Source of the DNA: an uncultured Clostridia bacterium
Lineage (GTDB): Bacteria > Bacillota > Clostridia > TANB77 > CAG-508
Assembly (NCBI GenBank): GCA_947626555.1
Contig: CANQSP010000002.1
Coordinates: 1 to 60,677, forward strand
DNA: 60,677 nt
Direction of reading: 5' to 3'
The notes below the pieces were generated by a model. It saw only the letters and a list, made by a program, of their open reading frames with translations, ran no database searches and was not told the DNA's origin. The stretch's first letter is position 1. Every line of letters begins with the position of its first letter. Of the stretch, positions 35,848-46,686 are shown in pieces. Position numbers and translations under genes: made by a program.

Positions 35848-36792
35848 TTAACCTTTATATTCTCCACCATTAATATGCATAACTTGACCTGTAACATATG
35901 ATGAATCTGAACTTGCTAAATATATAAATAGTGGTGCTATTTCATATGGATGACCTGCTCTTCCCATTGGTGCATCTGAACCTAATGTTGGTATTTTTTC
36001 TGCCTCCCAACAAGCTGGTTGCAAAGGTGTCCAAAATACTCCTGGAGACACTGCATTTACTCTTATATTTTTCTCTGCTAAATTAGTTGCAAGTGACCTC
36101 GTAAAACCTACAATTGCACTTTTACTTGTTACATAATCTATTAATTCTGGCTCTCCTTTAAAGGTAGTTATGGAAGTTACATTTATAATGCTTGAACCTG
36201 GTAACATGTGTTTTAATGCTTTTTTAGTTAAATAAAACATTGCATATACATTAGTCTTCATAGTCAAATCAAATTGTTCGTCTGTTATATCTAATAAACT
36301 TTTTTGTTGATACTGAACCCCTGCATTATTTACTAAAATATCTATTTTTCCAAACTTATTTATAGTTTCATCTACTATTTTATCACAAAAACTATTATCC
36401 TTTATATCTCCTGCAAGTAATATACATGTTCCCCCAAGTCTTTCTATAAATTCTTTGGTTTCCTCTGCATCTTTATGTTCATTATAATAGGCAATTACTA
36501 CAGTTGCCCCTTCTTTTACAAATCCAACTGCTACCGCTCTACCTATTCCAGAATCCCCACCTGTTATAATTGCTACTTTATTCATAAGTTTTCCAGAACC
36601 TCTATAATATGGATTATTAAATATAGGTCTAGGTGTCATTAAATATTCCATTCCTGGCTGAGTGTCTTGATGCTGTGGAGGAAATTCCAGCTTATAGTCT
36701 TTACATATTAAGCCATATCCTTGTTCGTTTATGTATTTTAAACCATAATCATCTTGACCATTATTGTTTGAAGTATAATATTTATAATTCAT
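35848..36792 (-). CDS. SDR family oxidoreductase (YhdF/general-stress-protein-39-like)
   Basis: ATG 36792 lies 6 nt after AAAGGGGTG. IITGGDSGIGRA, NNAG, and YVTSKSAIVGF motifs. Confidence 0.85.
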   Translation of the reverse strand: MNYKYYTSNNNGQDDYGLKYINEQGYGLICKDYKLEFPPQHQDTQPGMEYLMTPRPIFNNPYYRGSGKLMNKVAIITGGDSGIGRAVAVGFVKEGATVVIAYYNEHKDAEETKEFIERLGGTCILLAGDIKDNSFCDKIVDETINKFGKIDILVNNAGVQYQQKSLLDITDEQFDLTMKTNVYAMFYLTKKALKHMLPGSSIINVTSITTFKGEPELIDYVTSKSAIVGFTRSLATNLAEKNIRVNAVSPGVFWTPLQPACWEAEKIPTLGSDAPMGRAGHPYEIAPLFIYLASSDSSYVTGQVMHINGGEYKG

Positions 36793-36844
36793 TTTTTTCA
36801 CCCCTTTTATTTTATTCAAAGTAATAAGTTTTGGTGTATAAAGA

Positions 36845-36934
36845 TGAAAAAAAGCGAACGAAAATTGAAGTGAACCCTCCTTATTAAACTTTTTTGACTA
36901 ATAATTTGGATTCACATCAATTTTCGTTCGCTTT
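36845..36934 (-). terminator. long-stem hairpin, probable terminator of the GT2 gene
   Basis: 24-nt arms AAAGCGAACGAAAATTGAAGTGAA (36851-36874) and TTCACATCAATTTTCGTTCGCTTT (36911-36934), 23 of 24 paired, 36-nt loop. A T-run follows on the minus strand. Confidence 0.55.
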
Positions 36935-36948
36935 AAATATTCTTTCTT

Positions 36949-38178
36949 TTAACTAACTTCATTTATCTTAATATCTCTAACGTGATCAATTTTCTCCCAT
37001 TTTGTTTCCCTTTTAAATAAACATTTAAAATTAATTAGTAGCCATGAACCAAGGAATATTGGATAAAATATTAGTCCTTTAATCATTGGTCTTATTGGCT
37101 TTTTATCTAGTAGCATTATTACTATTGCTGTTAATATTGGGAATAAAAACGTTGGTATTAAATATCTTACAGCATTTACTAATAAATCTAGCCATGTCAT
37201 TCCATTAAATACATAAATTATTACATTTATCGCTAATAATACTAATGTTAATATGAACATTGGAATACTTCCTAATATATATAGTAAACCATCAAAGTTC
37301 ATTAAGGTTTTCTTTTCTTTTACTGCAGCTGCAAGTAATCCTGTATATTCTTTCATACATTGAATATGTCCAACAGTCCATCTTGTTCTTTGTGACCAAG
37401 ATTGCTTGAAACCTACTGGCTGTTCGTCATATACTATTGCATCTGTTGCCCATCCTAATCTTTTACCTGCAATTATTCTTTTTAGTGAAAATTCTATATC
37501 TTCAGTAAGTGTTTTGGTGTTCCATCCCTCTGGTTTTACAACATCAAATTTTACCATAAAACCTGTACCATTTATTAATGGAGATAGTCCCAAATTATAC
37601 CTTGCTAAATGATAAAATCTATTCATTGTCCAATAAAAGATTGCATATCCTGCTGAAATCCAACTATCTGTAGGGTTTTTAATATCTCTATATCCTTGAA
37701 CAACATCTTCACCTTGACATAGTTTTTTGTTCATAGCTTTTAAGAAATTTACATCAACTATATTATCTGCATCAAACACACAAAACGCATCATATGGTGC
37801 ATCTTCTTCAATTTTTTGGTTTAAAAACCATTGCATTGCATAGCCTTTCGTTCTCTTTGTATCATCAAATCTTTCATAAACTAAAGCCCCTGCATTTCTT
37901 GCAATTTCAGCTGTATTGTCTGTGCAATTGTCTGCTATAACATATATATCATATAACTCCTTTGGATAATCTTGTTTTTTCAAACTTTCAATTAAGTTGC
38001 CTACTACTTTAGATTCATTATGAGCTGGAATAATTAGCATAAAACGATTATTTTTTTCTTCTATAATTGGTTTATCTTTTAATTTAATTAATGAACATAC
38101 ACTTACAATTAGTTGATATAACCAGAATATTGTTACTACCCAAACTAATGCTTGTTGTATCATATATAAATACTCCAT
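36949..38178 (-). CDS. processive family-2 glycosyltransferase, membrane-embedded (PgaC/IcaA/cellulose-synthase-like)
   Basis: DADN, TEDIEFS and QRTRW (SWSQRTRWTVGH) motifs plus flanking TM helices. GAGGAG SD lies 6 nt before ATG 38178. Confidence 0.85.
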   Translation of the reverse strand: MEYLYMIQQALVWVVTIFWLYQLIVSVCSLIKLKDKPIIEEKNNRFMLIIPAHNESKVVGNLIESLKKQDYPKELYDIYVIADNCTDNTAEIARNAGALVYERFDDTKRTKGYAMQWFLNQKIEEDAPYDAFCVFDADNIVDVNFLKAMNKKLCQGEDVVQGYRDIKNPTDSWISAGYAIFYWTMNRFYHLARYNLGLSPLINGTGFMVKFDVVKPEGWNTKTLTEDIEFSLKRIIAGKRLGWATDAIVYDEQPVGFKQSWSQRTRWTVGHIQCMKEYTGLLAAAVKEKKTLMNFDGLLYILGSIPMFILTLVLLAINVIIYVFNGMTWLDLLVNAVRYLIPTFLFPILTAIVIMLLDKKPIRPMIKGLIFYPIFLGSWLLINFKCLFKRETKWEKIDHVRDIKINEVS

Positions 38179-38413
38179 TTTTCACTCCTCATTTATACTA
38201 CTTATTATATTTAAGTTCTGGAAACATTATACTCTTTAATATATTTTTTTACAATATTATTAATAAATTTTTAAGATTTGATATTCTTTTAATATTTAGA
38301 TTAAATTATTTTTGTGTATTATCATTACAATTTTTTAATTTAACACAATATTTTACCCTCAATCTAATATATATTATATTTTATTTTATGTTATATTACT
38401 TAATTTTATGCTT

Positions 38414-40528
38414 CTACTCTTCTTCATGCACTTCTAAATCTTTCATACTTAAATTAATTCTTCCTTGACTATCTATATCTGTAACTTTTACTGTTACTTC
38501 ATCTCCAATTGCTAAAACATCTTCAACTTTTTCTACTCTTTTACTTGATATCTTAGATATATGAAGTAAACCTTCTTTTCCTGCACCTAAATCTATAAAT
38601 GCACCAAATGAAACTATTCTACTTACCTTTCCATCATAAATTTTTCCTGGTTCAATTTCTCTTGTAATTTCTTCAATCATCTTTAAGGCCTTTGGTCCAT
38701 CTTGTCCTTCTACTGAGTAAATGCAAACTCTGCCGTCCTCTTCTATATCTATTTTTACACCTGTTGCATCTATTATTTTATTAATCATTTTTCCACCAGG
38801 TCCTATTACATCCTTTATTTTGTCTACTGGTATATTTAACGTTAATATTCTTGGAGCATATTTTGAAATATCTGCTCTTGGCTTGTCTATTACTGGTGCC
38901 ATTATATTATCTAAAATATAGTCTCTTGCTACTTTTGTTCTTTCGAATGCTTCTTTTATTATGTCATAAGTTAAACCATCTATTTTTATATCTACTTGTA
39001 TTGCAGTAATTCCGTCTTTTGTTCCTCCTACCTTGAAGTCCATATCTCCGAAGAAATCTTCTATTCCTTGAATATCTGTAAGCATTATATAGTCATTTGG
39101 ATTATCTTTGCTTGTTACTAAACCTGTTGATATACCTGCAACTGGCTTTTTAATTGGAACACCTGCATCCATTAAAGCTAGTGTACTTCCACATATACTT
39201 GCTTGTGATGTTGAACCATTTGAAGATAATACTTCTGATACAACTCTTATTGTATATGGGAATTCTTCTTCTGATGGAAGTACTGGAACTAATGCTTTTT
39301 CTGCTAAAGCTCCATGCCCTACTTCTCTTCTTCCTGGTCCACGAGATGGTCTTGCTTCTCCTACTGAATATGAAGGGAAGTTATAGTGGTGAATATATCT
39401 TTTTGAAGTTTCCTCGTCAACACCATCTAACATTTGCTCTTCGCTCTTCATTCCTAATGTTGCAATTGACATTACTTGTGTTTGACCTCTTGTAAATAAT
39501 GCACTTCCATGAACTCTTGGAAGTATTCCTACTTCACATGAAAGAGGTCTTATTTCATCTAACTTTCTTCCATCTGGACGTTTATGCTCAACAAATATCA
39601 TTTCTCTAACACATTTTTTCTCTAAGTCGTGAACACTATCTGCTATAGCTTGTTTCTTTTCTTCTGCAACTTCCTCGCCATATTTTTCTATATAATAATT
39701 TGTAATATCTTCTGTTATTTTCTCTATATTGGCATCTCTAATTTCTTTGTCTACTGCTTGCACATCTTGGTACATTCTATCTTTGAAATTAGCTTCTACC
39801 TCAGCATATACCTCTGGATCTGTTGCAAAAGATTGATATTCAAATTTTGGTTTTCCTATATCGTTTTTAATTTCAGTTATAAAATCACAAATTTTCTTTA
39901 TTTCAACATGTGCTTTTTTTATGGCTTCTAACATTATATCGTTTGGTATTTCATCAGCACCTGCCTCTATCATTGTTATTTTCTCTTGTGTTGCAGCAAC
40001 TGTTAATGTAAGCCTTGATTTTTCTCTTTGTTCTACTGTTGGGTTTATTATTATTTCATCATTAACATATCCAACATTTACTGCAGCTGTTGGTCCACCA
40101 AATGGTATATCTGAAATTGAAAGTGCAGCAGAAGCACCAATCATTGCACATACTTCTGGACTATTGTCTTGTTCAACAGAAAGCACTGTTGCCACAACAC
40201 ATACATCATTTCTAAAATCTTTTGGAAATAATGGACGAAGTGGTCTATCTATTGCTCTTGATGTTAATATTGCTTTGTCTGCTGGTTTTCCTTCTCTTTT
40301 TATAAAACTACCTGGAATTTTTCCTACCGCATATAATTTTTCTTCATAATCTACTGAAAGTGGGAAAAAGTCTACTCCCTCTTTTGGTTCTTTTGCTGCT
40401 GTAACATTTACCATTACAACAGTATCTCCATACCTTACAACTACACTACCATTTGCAAGTTCTGCTATTTTTCCTGTTTCTATTGTTAATTTTCTTCCTG
40501 CTAATTCTGTTTCATACGTTTTAAACAT
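38414..40528 (-). CDS. pnp: polyribonucleotide nucleotidyltransferase (PNPase)
   Basis: 704 aa. Two RNase PH domains, a KH domain (GPGGKMINKI) and a C-terminal S1 domain. Confidence 0.97.
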   Translation of the reverse strand: MFKTYETELAGRKLTIETGKIAELANGSVVVRYGDTVVMVNVTAAKEPKEGVDFFPLSVDYEEKLYAVGKIPGSFIKREGKPADKAILTSRAIDRPLRPLFPKDFRNDVCVVATVLSVEQDNSPEVCAMIGASAALSISDIPFGGPTAAVNVGYVNDEIIINPTVEQREKSRLTLTVAATQEKITMIEAGADEIPNDIMLEAIKKAHVEIKKICDFITEIKNDIGKPKFEYQSFATDPEVYAEVEANFKDRMYQDVQAVDKEIRDANIEKITEDITNYYIEKYGEEVAEEKKQAIADSVHDLEKKCVREMIFVEHKRPDGRKLDEIRPLSCEVGILPRVHGSALFTRGQTQVMSIATLGMKSEEQMLDGVDEETSKRYIHHYNFPSYSVGEARPSRGPGRREVGHGALAEKALVPVLPSEEEFPYTIRVVSEVLSSNGSTSQASICGSTLALMDAGVPIKKPVAGISTGLVTSKDNPNDYIMLTDIQGIEDFFGDMDFKVGGTKDGITAIQVDIKIDGLTYDIIKEAFERTKVARDYILDNIMAPVIDKPRADISKYAPRILTLNIPVDKIKDVIGPGGKMINKIIDATGVKIDIEEDGRVCIYSVEGQDGPKALKMIEEITREIEPGKIYDGKVSRIVSFGAFIDLGAGKEGLLHISKISSKRVEKVEDVLAIGDEVTVKVTDIDSQGRINLSMKDLEVHEEE

Positions 40529-40683
40529 AATTTTTTACTCCCTTCACTGTATTTTAACAATACTTTATTAGAGTAACCTCTACAAAATATTATCTTAGGA
40601 TTAATTTCTTATTAATATTTTGTACAAGCTACTAACTAATTATAAGTATTGTTAATTTTTATTACACCATTATTTGTATATTC

Positions 40684-40722
40684 AAAAATAGGACGTTTTA
40701 CTTTTTTTTGGCAAAACGTCCT
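40684..40722 (-). terminator. rho-independent terminator after rpsO
   Basis: AGGACGTTTT-loop-AAAACGTCCT stem. ATTTTT follows on the minus strand. Confidence 0.7.
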
Positions 40723-40728
40723 TGAAGA

Positions 40729-40992
40729 CTATTTTCTTAATCCTAGCTTTTCAACTATGTCTCTATATCTTTGAACATCTTTGTCACTTAGATATTTTAG
40801 TAAACTTCTTCTTGAGCCAACCATTTTTAGAAGACCTCTTCTTGAATGATTGTCTTTTGTGTGAACCTTTAAATGTTCTGTTAGCTCATTAATTCTTTCT
40901 GTTAAAAGAGCTATTTGAACTTCTGGAGAACCAGTGTCATTTTCGTCTCTTTTGTAAGTATTAATGATTTCTTGTTTTCTTTCCTTTGTCAT
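40729..40992 (-). CDS. rpsO: 30S ribosomal protein S15
   Basis: 87 aa from ATG 40992 (AGGAGG SD 8 nt upstream). [15 protein letters not shown]...HLK.H.KD.HSRRGLL signature. Confidence 0.95.
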   Translation of the reverse strand: MTKERKQEIINTYKRDENDTGSPEVQIALLTERINELTEHLKVHTKDNHSRRGLLKMVGSRRSLLKYLSDKDVQRYRDIVEKLGLRK

Positions 40993-41221
40993 ATTTTGCA
41001 CCTCCTATTTTTTATATGCCTTAAACTGAGTTTTAGTGGTGTAATTTTTTCCTAAAGCTAAGTATAAGGTAATTTTTAGCATTATTATAATAACATAATT
41101 TTCTAAAAAATACAATAGTTTTAAGGAATATTATTACATAAAACCTTATTTATTCTCCATTCTGATAGTTCTGGTTTTATTTTTTTATCTAATATTACAC
41201 AACCATTATTTATATACTTAG

Positions 41222-42001
41222 TTATATTCCCATTACTTTTTCTACAATTCTTTTACATAAATCAACTGTCTTTTCTATTAAAATATTAATTTCTTCTGTA
41301 TTATTTGTCTTTTTTATTTCTGACATATCTTTAAGATTTTCTATAACATCATATAAATGTTTAAATGTTATATTATTGGTCATACTAGTTTGTATTCCAC
41401 ATTGATATATATGTGTTGGAAATTCAGCCACTAAATGTGAATTTGATTTCATAATGCCTTGAAAATTAAATAATGTATCTTCATAATATCTTCCTTCTGC
41501 AAATCTAATGTTATTCTTATTTAAATATTCTCTGTTCCAACATTTGCTCCAAATGTTCATATAATCATCTTCTGCTGCTTTAAACTTTTTTGTGCACTCT
41601 TCTTCTGATGGAATTACTAAATCGTTTCTATTACCAGAAAATTTAAAACCAAGATATACTAAGTCAACATTACTATTCCCTATTATGTCATCTATTTTTT
41701 TTAGTGTATCCTTTTCATATAACTTATCATCTGAATCCAAAAAAATTATGTATTCACCTTTTGCTGCATTTAATCCTGTATTTCTTGCCCCTCCTGCTCT
41801 TCTATTTTCATTGTTTTGTAATGCCTTTACTTTTCCACCATACTGTTTTATTATTTCAAAAGTTTTATCTTTAGAACAATCATCTACAACTATTAATTCG
41901 TAATTTTCAAAACTTTGTTCTAATACACTATCTATGCTTCCCTGTATGTATTTTTCTGCATTGTATGCTGGCATCACTATACTAAATCTTAAATTTTCCA
42001 T
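41222..42001 (-). CDS. family-2 glycosyltransferase (non-processive type)
   Basis: FSIVMPAYNAEKYI, VDDCSKD and LDSDD motifs. Start set at ATG 42001. The track ORF begins at TTG 42025. Confidence 0.85.
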   Translation of the reverse strand: MENLRFSIVMPAYNAEKYIQGSIDSVLEQSFENYELIVVDDCSKDKTFEIIKQYGGKVKALQNNENRRAGGARNTGLNAAKGEYIIFLDSDDKLYEKDTLKKIDDIIGNSNVDLVYLGFKFSGNRNDLVIPSEEECTKKFKAAEDDYMNIWSKCWNREYLNKNNIRFAEGRYYEDTLFNFQGIMKSNSHLVAEFPTHIYQCGIQTSMTNNITFKHLYDVIENLKDMSEIKKTNNTEEINILIEKTVDLCKRIVEKVMGI

Positions 42002-42094
42002 ATCTTTTTCCTTTCCATTATACAAACTTAATTAGCACATATTAATTATTTCTTTGCCTCTCACATTATTATATAATTTTTTATTTAAGTAATG

Positions 42095-43312
42095 TTAATT
42101 CATTTTCTTTATTCTTTCCATAGCTTCAATAGTATTTTCTCTACTACCAAATGCAGTTAATCTAAAATACCCTTCTCCACTTGGTCCAAATCCAGAACCT
42201 GGTGTACCGACAATATTTACATCATTCAATAATTTATCAAAAAAATCCCATGATTTCATATTGTTTGGAGTTTTTAACCATATATAAGGTGAATTAATTC
42301 CTCCATATACTGTATAACCTGCATTTACAAGACCATCTCTTATTATTTTAGCATTTTCCTGATAATATTCAATATTTTCTTTTACTTGCTTTTGCCCTTC
42401 TTCTGAATATACTGCTTCAGCTGCCCTTTGCGTTACATAGGATACACCATTAAATTTAGTAGTCTGACGTCTATTCCATAGCTTATTTAATTGTATTCCT
42501 TCTACCTGTAGCTCTTTAGGTACAACAGTATATGCACATCTTAAACCAGTAAATCCTGCTGTTTTAGAAAAACTTCTAAATTCTATAGCTACTTCCTTTG
42601 CCCCTTCTACTTCATATATACTATGTGGCACATCGTCTTCAACTATAAATCTCTCATAAGCTGAATCAAACAAGATTATTGCTTTATTATCTTTTGCATA
42701 ATCAATCCATTTTTTTAATTCAGCTTTTTTAAGCACTGTACCCGTTGGATTATTGGGAAAACATAAATATATTAAGTCTACTTGCTCTTTTGGAAGTTCT
42801 GGTTCGAAATTATTTTCTGCATTTACTGACATATACACAATTTTATTAAACTTTCCAGTTCGTTCTTCATATTCACCTGCTCTACCTGCCATTACATTTG
42901 TATCTAAGTACACAGGATATACTGGATCAGTAATAGCTATAACATTATTTTCATCAAATAATTCCTGTATATTTCCAGTATCACATTTAGCTCCATCAGA
43001 TACAAAAATTTCATCTTTTTCTATATTAACTCCTCTTCTTTTATAATCATATTCTACTATTTTTTCTCTTAAAAAATCATACCCTTGCTCTGGTCCATAG
43101 CCTTTAAAGCTTTCTTTTCGTCCCATTTCATCAGTAGCCTTTTTCATACTTTCTACAACAGCTGGCACTATTGGAAGCGTTACATCTCCTATTCCTAACT
43201 TTATTACTTTTTTATCAGGATTTTTTTCACTAAATTCACTTACTTTTTTTGCTACAGTTGAAAATAAGTAGCTATCTTGTAATTTTAAATAATTTTTATT
43301 TATCTTTACCAT
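42095..43312 (-). CDS. dapL: LL-diaminopimelate aminotransferase
   Basis: [16 protein letters not shown]-terminus and [18 protein letters not shown]-lysine motif. The alternative ATG at 43318 forms an ATGA overlap with the dapF stop. Confidence 0.85.
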   Translation of the reverse strand: MVKINKNYLKLQDSYLFSTVAKKVSEFSEKNPDKKVIKLGIGDVTLPIVPAVVESMKKATDEMGRKESFKGYGPEQGYDFLREKIVEYDYKRRGVNIEKDEIFVSDGAKCDTGNIQELFDENNVIAITDPVYPVYLDTNVMAGRAGEYEERTGKFNKIVYMSVNAENNFEPELPKEQVDLIYLCFPNNPTGTVLKKAELKKWIDYAKDNKAIILFDSAYERFIVEDDVPHSIYEVEGAKEVAIEFRSFSKTAGFTGLRCAYTVVPKELQVEGIQLNKLWNRRQTTKFNGVSYVTQRAAEAVYSEEGQKQVKENIEYYQENAKIIRDGLVNAGYTVYGGINSPYIWLKTPNNMKSWDFFDKLLNDVNIVGTPGSGFGPSGEGYFRLTAFGSRENTIEAMERIKKMN

Positions 43313-43314
43313 AA

Positions 43315-44241
43315 TCATTTCCTTTCTTTTTCTGAATCAATTAAATATCCTTCAAACACAATATTAGCCGGTCCAGTCATATACACATGATTATCTTTTT
43401 CATTCCACTCTATTTCTAGATTACCTCCTAATAATTTTACAATAATAGGAGTATTTTTCTTTGCATATCCATTTAATATTGTTGCAACAACTGAAGCACA
43501 TGCTCCTGTTCCACAAGCTAGTGTTTCTCCTGAACCTCTTTCCCATACTCTCATTTTTAGATAATTTTCATTAACGATTTCTATAAATTCTACATTCACT
43601 TTTTTAGGAAAATGGTTATCTACTTCTACTACTTTTCCATACTTTTCTAATTCAAATTCTTCTACACTTTTTTCATTCAAATTTTCTTCTACATCTTTTA
43701 TAGTTTGTAACGTATTTTTTGTTCCTTTTATAAAAGCTACTGCATGTGGATTTCCCATTGATACACAAGTAAATTTAAATTTTTTATCTAACACTTGTAA
43801 TTCTAAATTTTTAACAGGAATTTCATTTTTTGTAGGAATTACTGGAATTTTTTCTGGCTCTAAAATTGGTTCTCCCATATCCACTCTTACTGTTTTTACT
43901 TCTCCCTTTTCTACATTTAGCTTTAACCTCTTTATTCCAGCTAATGTTTCTATAGTTATTTTCTCTTTTTTTGTAAGTCCTTTATCATACACAAATTTTC
44001 CAACACATCTGATTCCATTTCCACACATTTCAGCCTCACTACCATCACTATTAAACATTCTCATCTTGAAATCAGCTATATTGCTTTTACAAATTAGAAT
44101 TAGTCCATCTGAACCTACTCCAAAATGCCTGTTACTTACAATTTGAGCTAGGCGTGATATATCTTCTATTTTTTGCTCATTTGAAAAGCAATCAATATAA
44201 ACATAGTCATTGCCTAGCCCTTCCATTTTTGTAAATTTCAT
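43315..44241 (-). CDS. dapF: diaminopimelate epimerase
   Basis: [23 protein letters not shown] and CGTGACA catalytic-Cys motifs. ATG 44241 lies 5 nt after AGAGGTGA. Confidence 0.92.
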   Translation of the reverse strand: MKFTKMEGLGNDYVYIDCFSNEQKIEDISRLAQIVSNRHFGVGSDGLILICKSNIADFKMRMFNSDGSEAEMCGNGIRCVGKFVYDKGLTKKEKITIETLAGIKRLKLNVEKGEVKTVRVDMGEPILEPEKIPVIPTKNEIPVKNLELQVLDKKFKFTCVSMGNPHAVAFIKGTKNTLQTIKDVEENLNEKSVEEFELEKYGKVVEVDNHFPKKVNVEFIEIVNENYLKMRVWERGSGETLACGTGACASVVATILNGYAKKNTPIIVKLLGGNLEIEWNEKDNHVYMTGPANIVFEGYLIDSEKERK

Positions 44242-44381
44242 AGTTTTCACCTCTACAGGTATTAATATCAAATAAAATTGTATTTACAACTTCACTTCTA
44301 GTATTCTATCATATTTTATTCCTAATTAGCAATATTATTTCCTAATAAAAATTGAATTTTAGTGAGTCTTTTTATTATAAA

Positions 44382-45296
44382 TTATATATTGTCAGCACAT
44401 ACCGCTCCTATCATACCAGCATCATTATCAAGCTTACCAAACACAAATTTCGGAGTATCAAATCTATATTGTGCCTTATCTATTTTATTTAATAACTTAC
44501 TATAAAAAACATCTTTAAAATGCACGAAACTTCCACCAAAACATATTACCTCTGGCTCTATTATATTAACAATATTTGAAATTCCCAAAACTAAATTATC
44601 CACATATTCGTCTATAATATTTTCCATAACAGTATCATGTATATTATTTAATACAAATTCCAATATTTGTTTTGATGATACATTTTCATTTAAATTAAAC
44701 TTCTCTATTACGGATTTTTTAAAGGCTTTCATGGAGCAATATGTTTCAAAGCACCCTTTATTTCCGCATTTGCAAGGATTTCCATCCTTTTGTATTATCA
44801 TATGACCATATTCAGACCCTTCACTTCTTTTAGGCTCTATTAATTTTCCGTTATAAAAAGTTGCTCCTCCTATTCCTGTACCCAAACATAGAAATACCGC
44901 ATCGGAATAATCCTTTAATGCTCCATATTGTTTTTCAGCAATACCTGCACATTTTGCATCATTTCTAGCAATAACTGGTACACCATAGTATTCCTCTAAA
45001 TCATGTGCTAAATCAAACTCTTGTAAATTTAAATTATATATTTCTTTTATTACATTACCTTTTACTTTTCCTGGACTTGCTATTCCTATTTTTTCTATAA
45101 GGCACATAGGAGAACCAACTGTTCTTAATACATCAGATATATTATAAATGATTACATCCCTTATATATTGTTTTATTTCTTCTTCACCTTTATCATTTAT
45201 TACTAAATCTTGTTCTTTTTTTATTACTATTTTTCCACTTTCATTTACAATTCCTACTCCTACATGACTTCCACCCAAATCTACTCCTATTTTCAT
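44382..45296 (-). CDS. ROK family glucokinase
   Basis: MKIGVDLGGSHVG N-terminus, LGTGIGG, and ROK zinc motif CKCGNKGCFETYCS. An in-frame GTG at 45305 is possible. Confidence 0.82.
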   Translation of the reverse strand: MKIGVDLGGSHVGVGIVNESGKIVIKKEQDLVINDKGEEEIKQYIRDVIIYNISDVLRTVGSPMCLIEKIGIASPGKVKGNVIKEIYNLNLQEFDLAHDLEEYYGVPVIARNDAKCAGIAEKQYGALKDYSDAVFLCLGTGIGGATFYNGKLIEPKRSEGSEYGHMIIQKDGNPCKCGNKGCFETYCSMKAFKKSVIEKFNLNENVSSKQILEFVLNNIHDTVMENIIDEYVDNLVLGISNIVNIIEPEVICFGGSFVHFKDVFYSKLLNKIDKAQYRFDTPKFVFGKLDNDAGMIGAVCADNI

Positions 45297-45363
45297 TTTT
45301 TCCACATCCTATCTAACTTTTCTAAATTAGAAGATTTTATTACACAAGACTTCCTTTACACTT

Positions 45364-46665
45364 TTATAATATATCTGTAGTTGAAAGCAAAAATTCACCC
45401 ATATAGACTTGAAGACATGGTACAAGCACTATTAAAACAAATAATATTAAAACTGCACCTACTAAAGAATATGCCACTTGTGGTAATATTTTTGTAATTC
45501 TACCTAATATATTTTCAATATCTATTTCCATGTATTTCATTAACTTATCCATCATTTCTGTCAAATCTGTTTGCATTCCTATTTTTAACATCTCAGTAAT
45601 CATTGGAGAAGACAAACCAGACTTTTCAAATGGCTCAATCCAAGAAGACCCTTCAACTATATTATTTATTGCTGTTTCCACCATTGATATAAACATTTGA
45701 TTTTTAACTACATTTTTACTCACTTCTAATGCTTCTTGAACTCTCATTCCATTATCTATGTTTAGACTCATTGCTTTTATAAATCTTGAGAAATCTAAAG
45801 AATATATTAATTTTCCAAATATCGGCATTTTGTATTTAAAATAATCTATGTTATATCTTCCTTTTTGAGTACTTTTATAACACATAAACATTGATACTAT
45901 TGCTATAATTGCCAATACTGGTATATACCATGAACGCAAAATTGCATTTATAAAGTTAAAGAATCCTATTGTTATATCTGGAAGTTGCTCTGTACTTCCA
46001 ACTGAATCATAAACTCCTTGTATTGTTGGTACAGCAATTAAAGTTCCTACAACTAATAAAAGCATTAGAACTATAAATTGTAATATATTTGGCAATAATA
46101 TTGATTTCACTTTTTTATTAATTCTATTTGCATCATTTAAATAAGTTTGTGCTTGCTCTAAAGAATTTACAAGAGTTCCTGTCAATTCACCTACTTTTAT
46201 CAAGTTCACATAAATATATGGAAATATATCTGAATAGTATTCCATTGTTGTATACATATATTCTCCAGCTTCTACTCCAGCCAAAATATCTTCAATAATT
46301 GCCTTTAAAGTTACATTTTGTGTACTTTCTAAAATTGTATTTAGAGCATGTATGTTATTAAATTCCGCTTTTTTTAACACATATAAGTTTTGAGTAAATA
46401 CACATAAGTCCCTATTCGTTACCTTCTGCCCAGTAGCTAGAATTTCCTTTAAAGTTGCACTTTTTTTATTTTCAGAATCTTCATTTGATACATTTCTTTT
46501 AGCTCTATTCATTGCATATTTAGAATATTTAACTTGAATAACATCTATTGGTGTCAAATCATTATTTTTTAATTTTTCTACCAAATTTTGTTTACTTATT
46601 GCTTGAACTCTGTTCTTTACCATTTGACCATTTTTAGTTATTGCTCTATATATGTACTCTGCCAT
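45364..46665 (-). CDS. pilC: type IV pilus / type II secretion platform protein (GspF/PilC family)
   Basis: 433 aa, duplicated GspF-type domains with three TM segments. AGGAGG SD. Immediately downstream of pilB. Confidence 0.85.
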   Translation of the reverse strand: MAEYIYRAITKNGQMVKNRVQAISKQNLVEKLKNNDLTPIDVIQVKYSKYAMNRAKRNVSNEDSENKKSATLKEILATGQKVTNRDLCVFTQNLYVLKKAEFNNIHALNTILESTQNVTLKAIIEDILAGVEAGEYMYTTMEYYSDIFPYIYVNLIKVGELTGTLVNSLEQAQTYLNDANRINKKVKSILLPNILQFIVLMLLLVVGTLIAVPTIQGVYDSVGSTEQLPDITIGFFNFINAILRSWYIPVLAIIAIVSMFMCYKSTQKGRYNIDYFKYKMPIFGKLIYSLDFSRFIKAMSLNIDNGMRVQEALEVSKNVVKNQMFISMVETAINNIVEGSSWIEPFEKSGLSSPMITEMLKIGMQTDLTEMMDKLMKYMEIDIENILGRITKILPQVAYSLVGAVLILFVLIVLVPCLQVYMGEFLLSTTDIL

Positions 46666-46686
46666 TTGTTTCCTCCTTTTTGGAAT

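Noticed and set aside
38091-38468. 125-aa + strand ORF in the GT2-pnp intergenic region, and the many other antisense track ORFs within mfd, pnp, the acc/fab genes and others
   Set aside because: They have hydrophobic low-complexity translations typical of antisense or AT-rich frames. They have no SDs and overlap confidently assigned genes.
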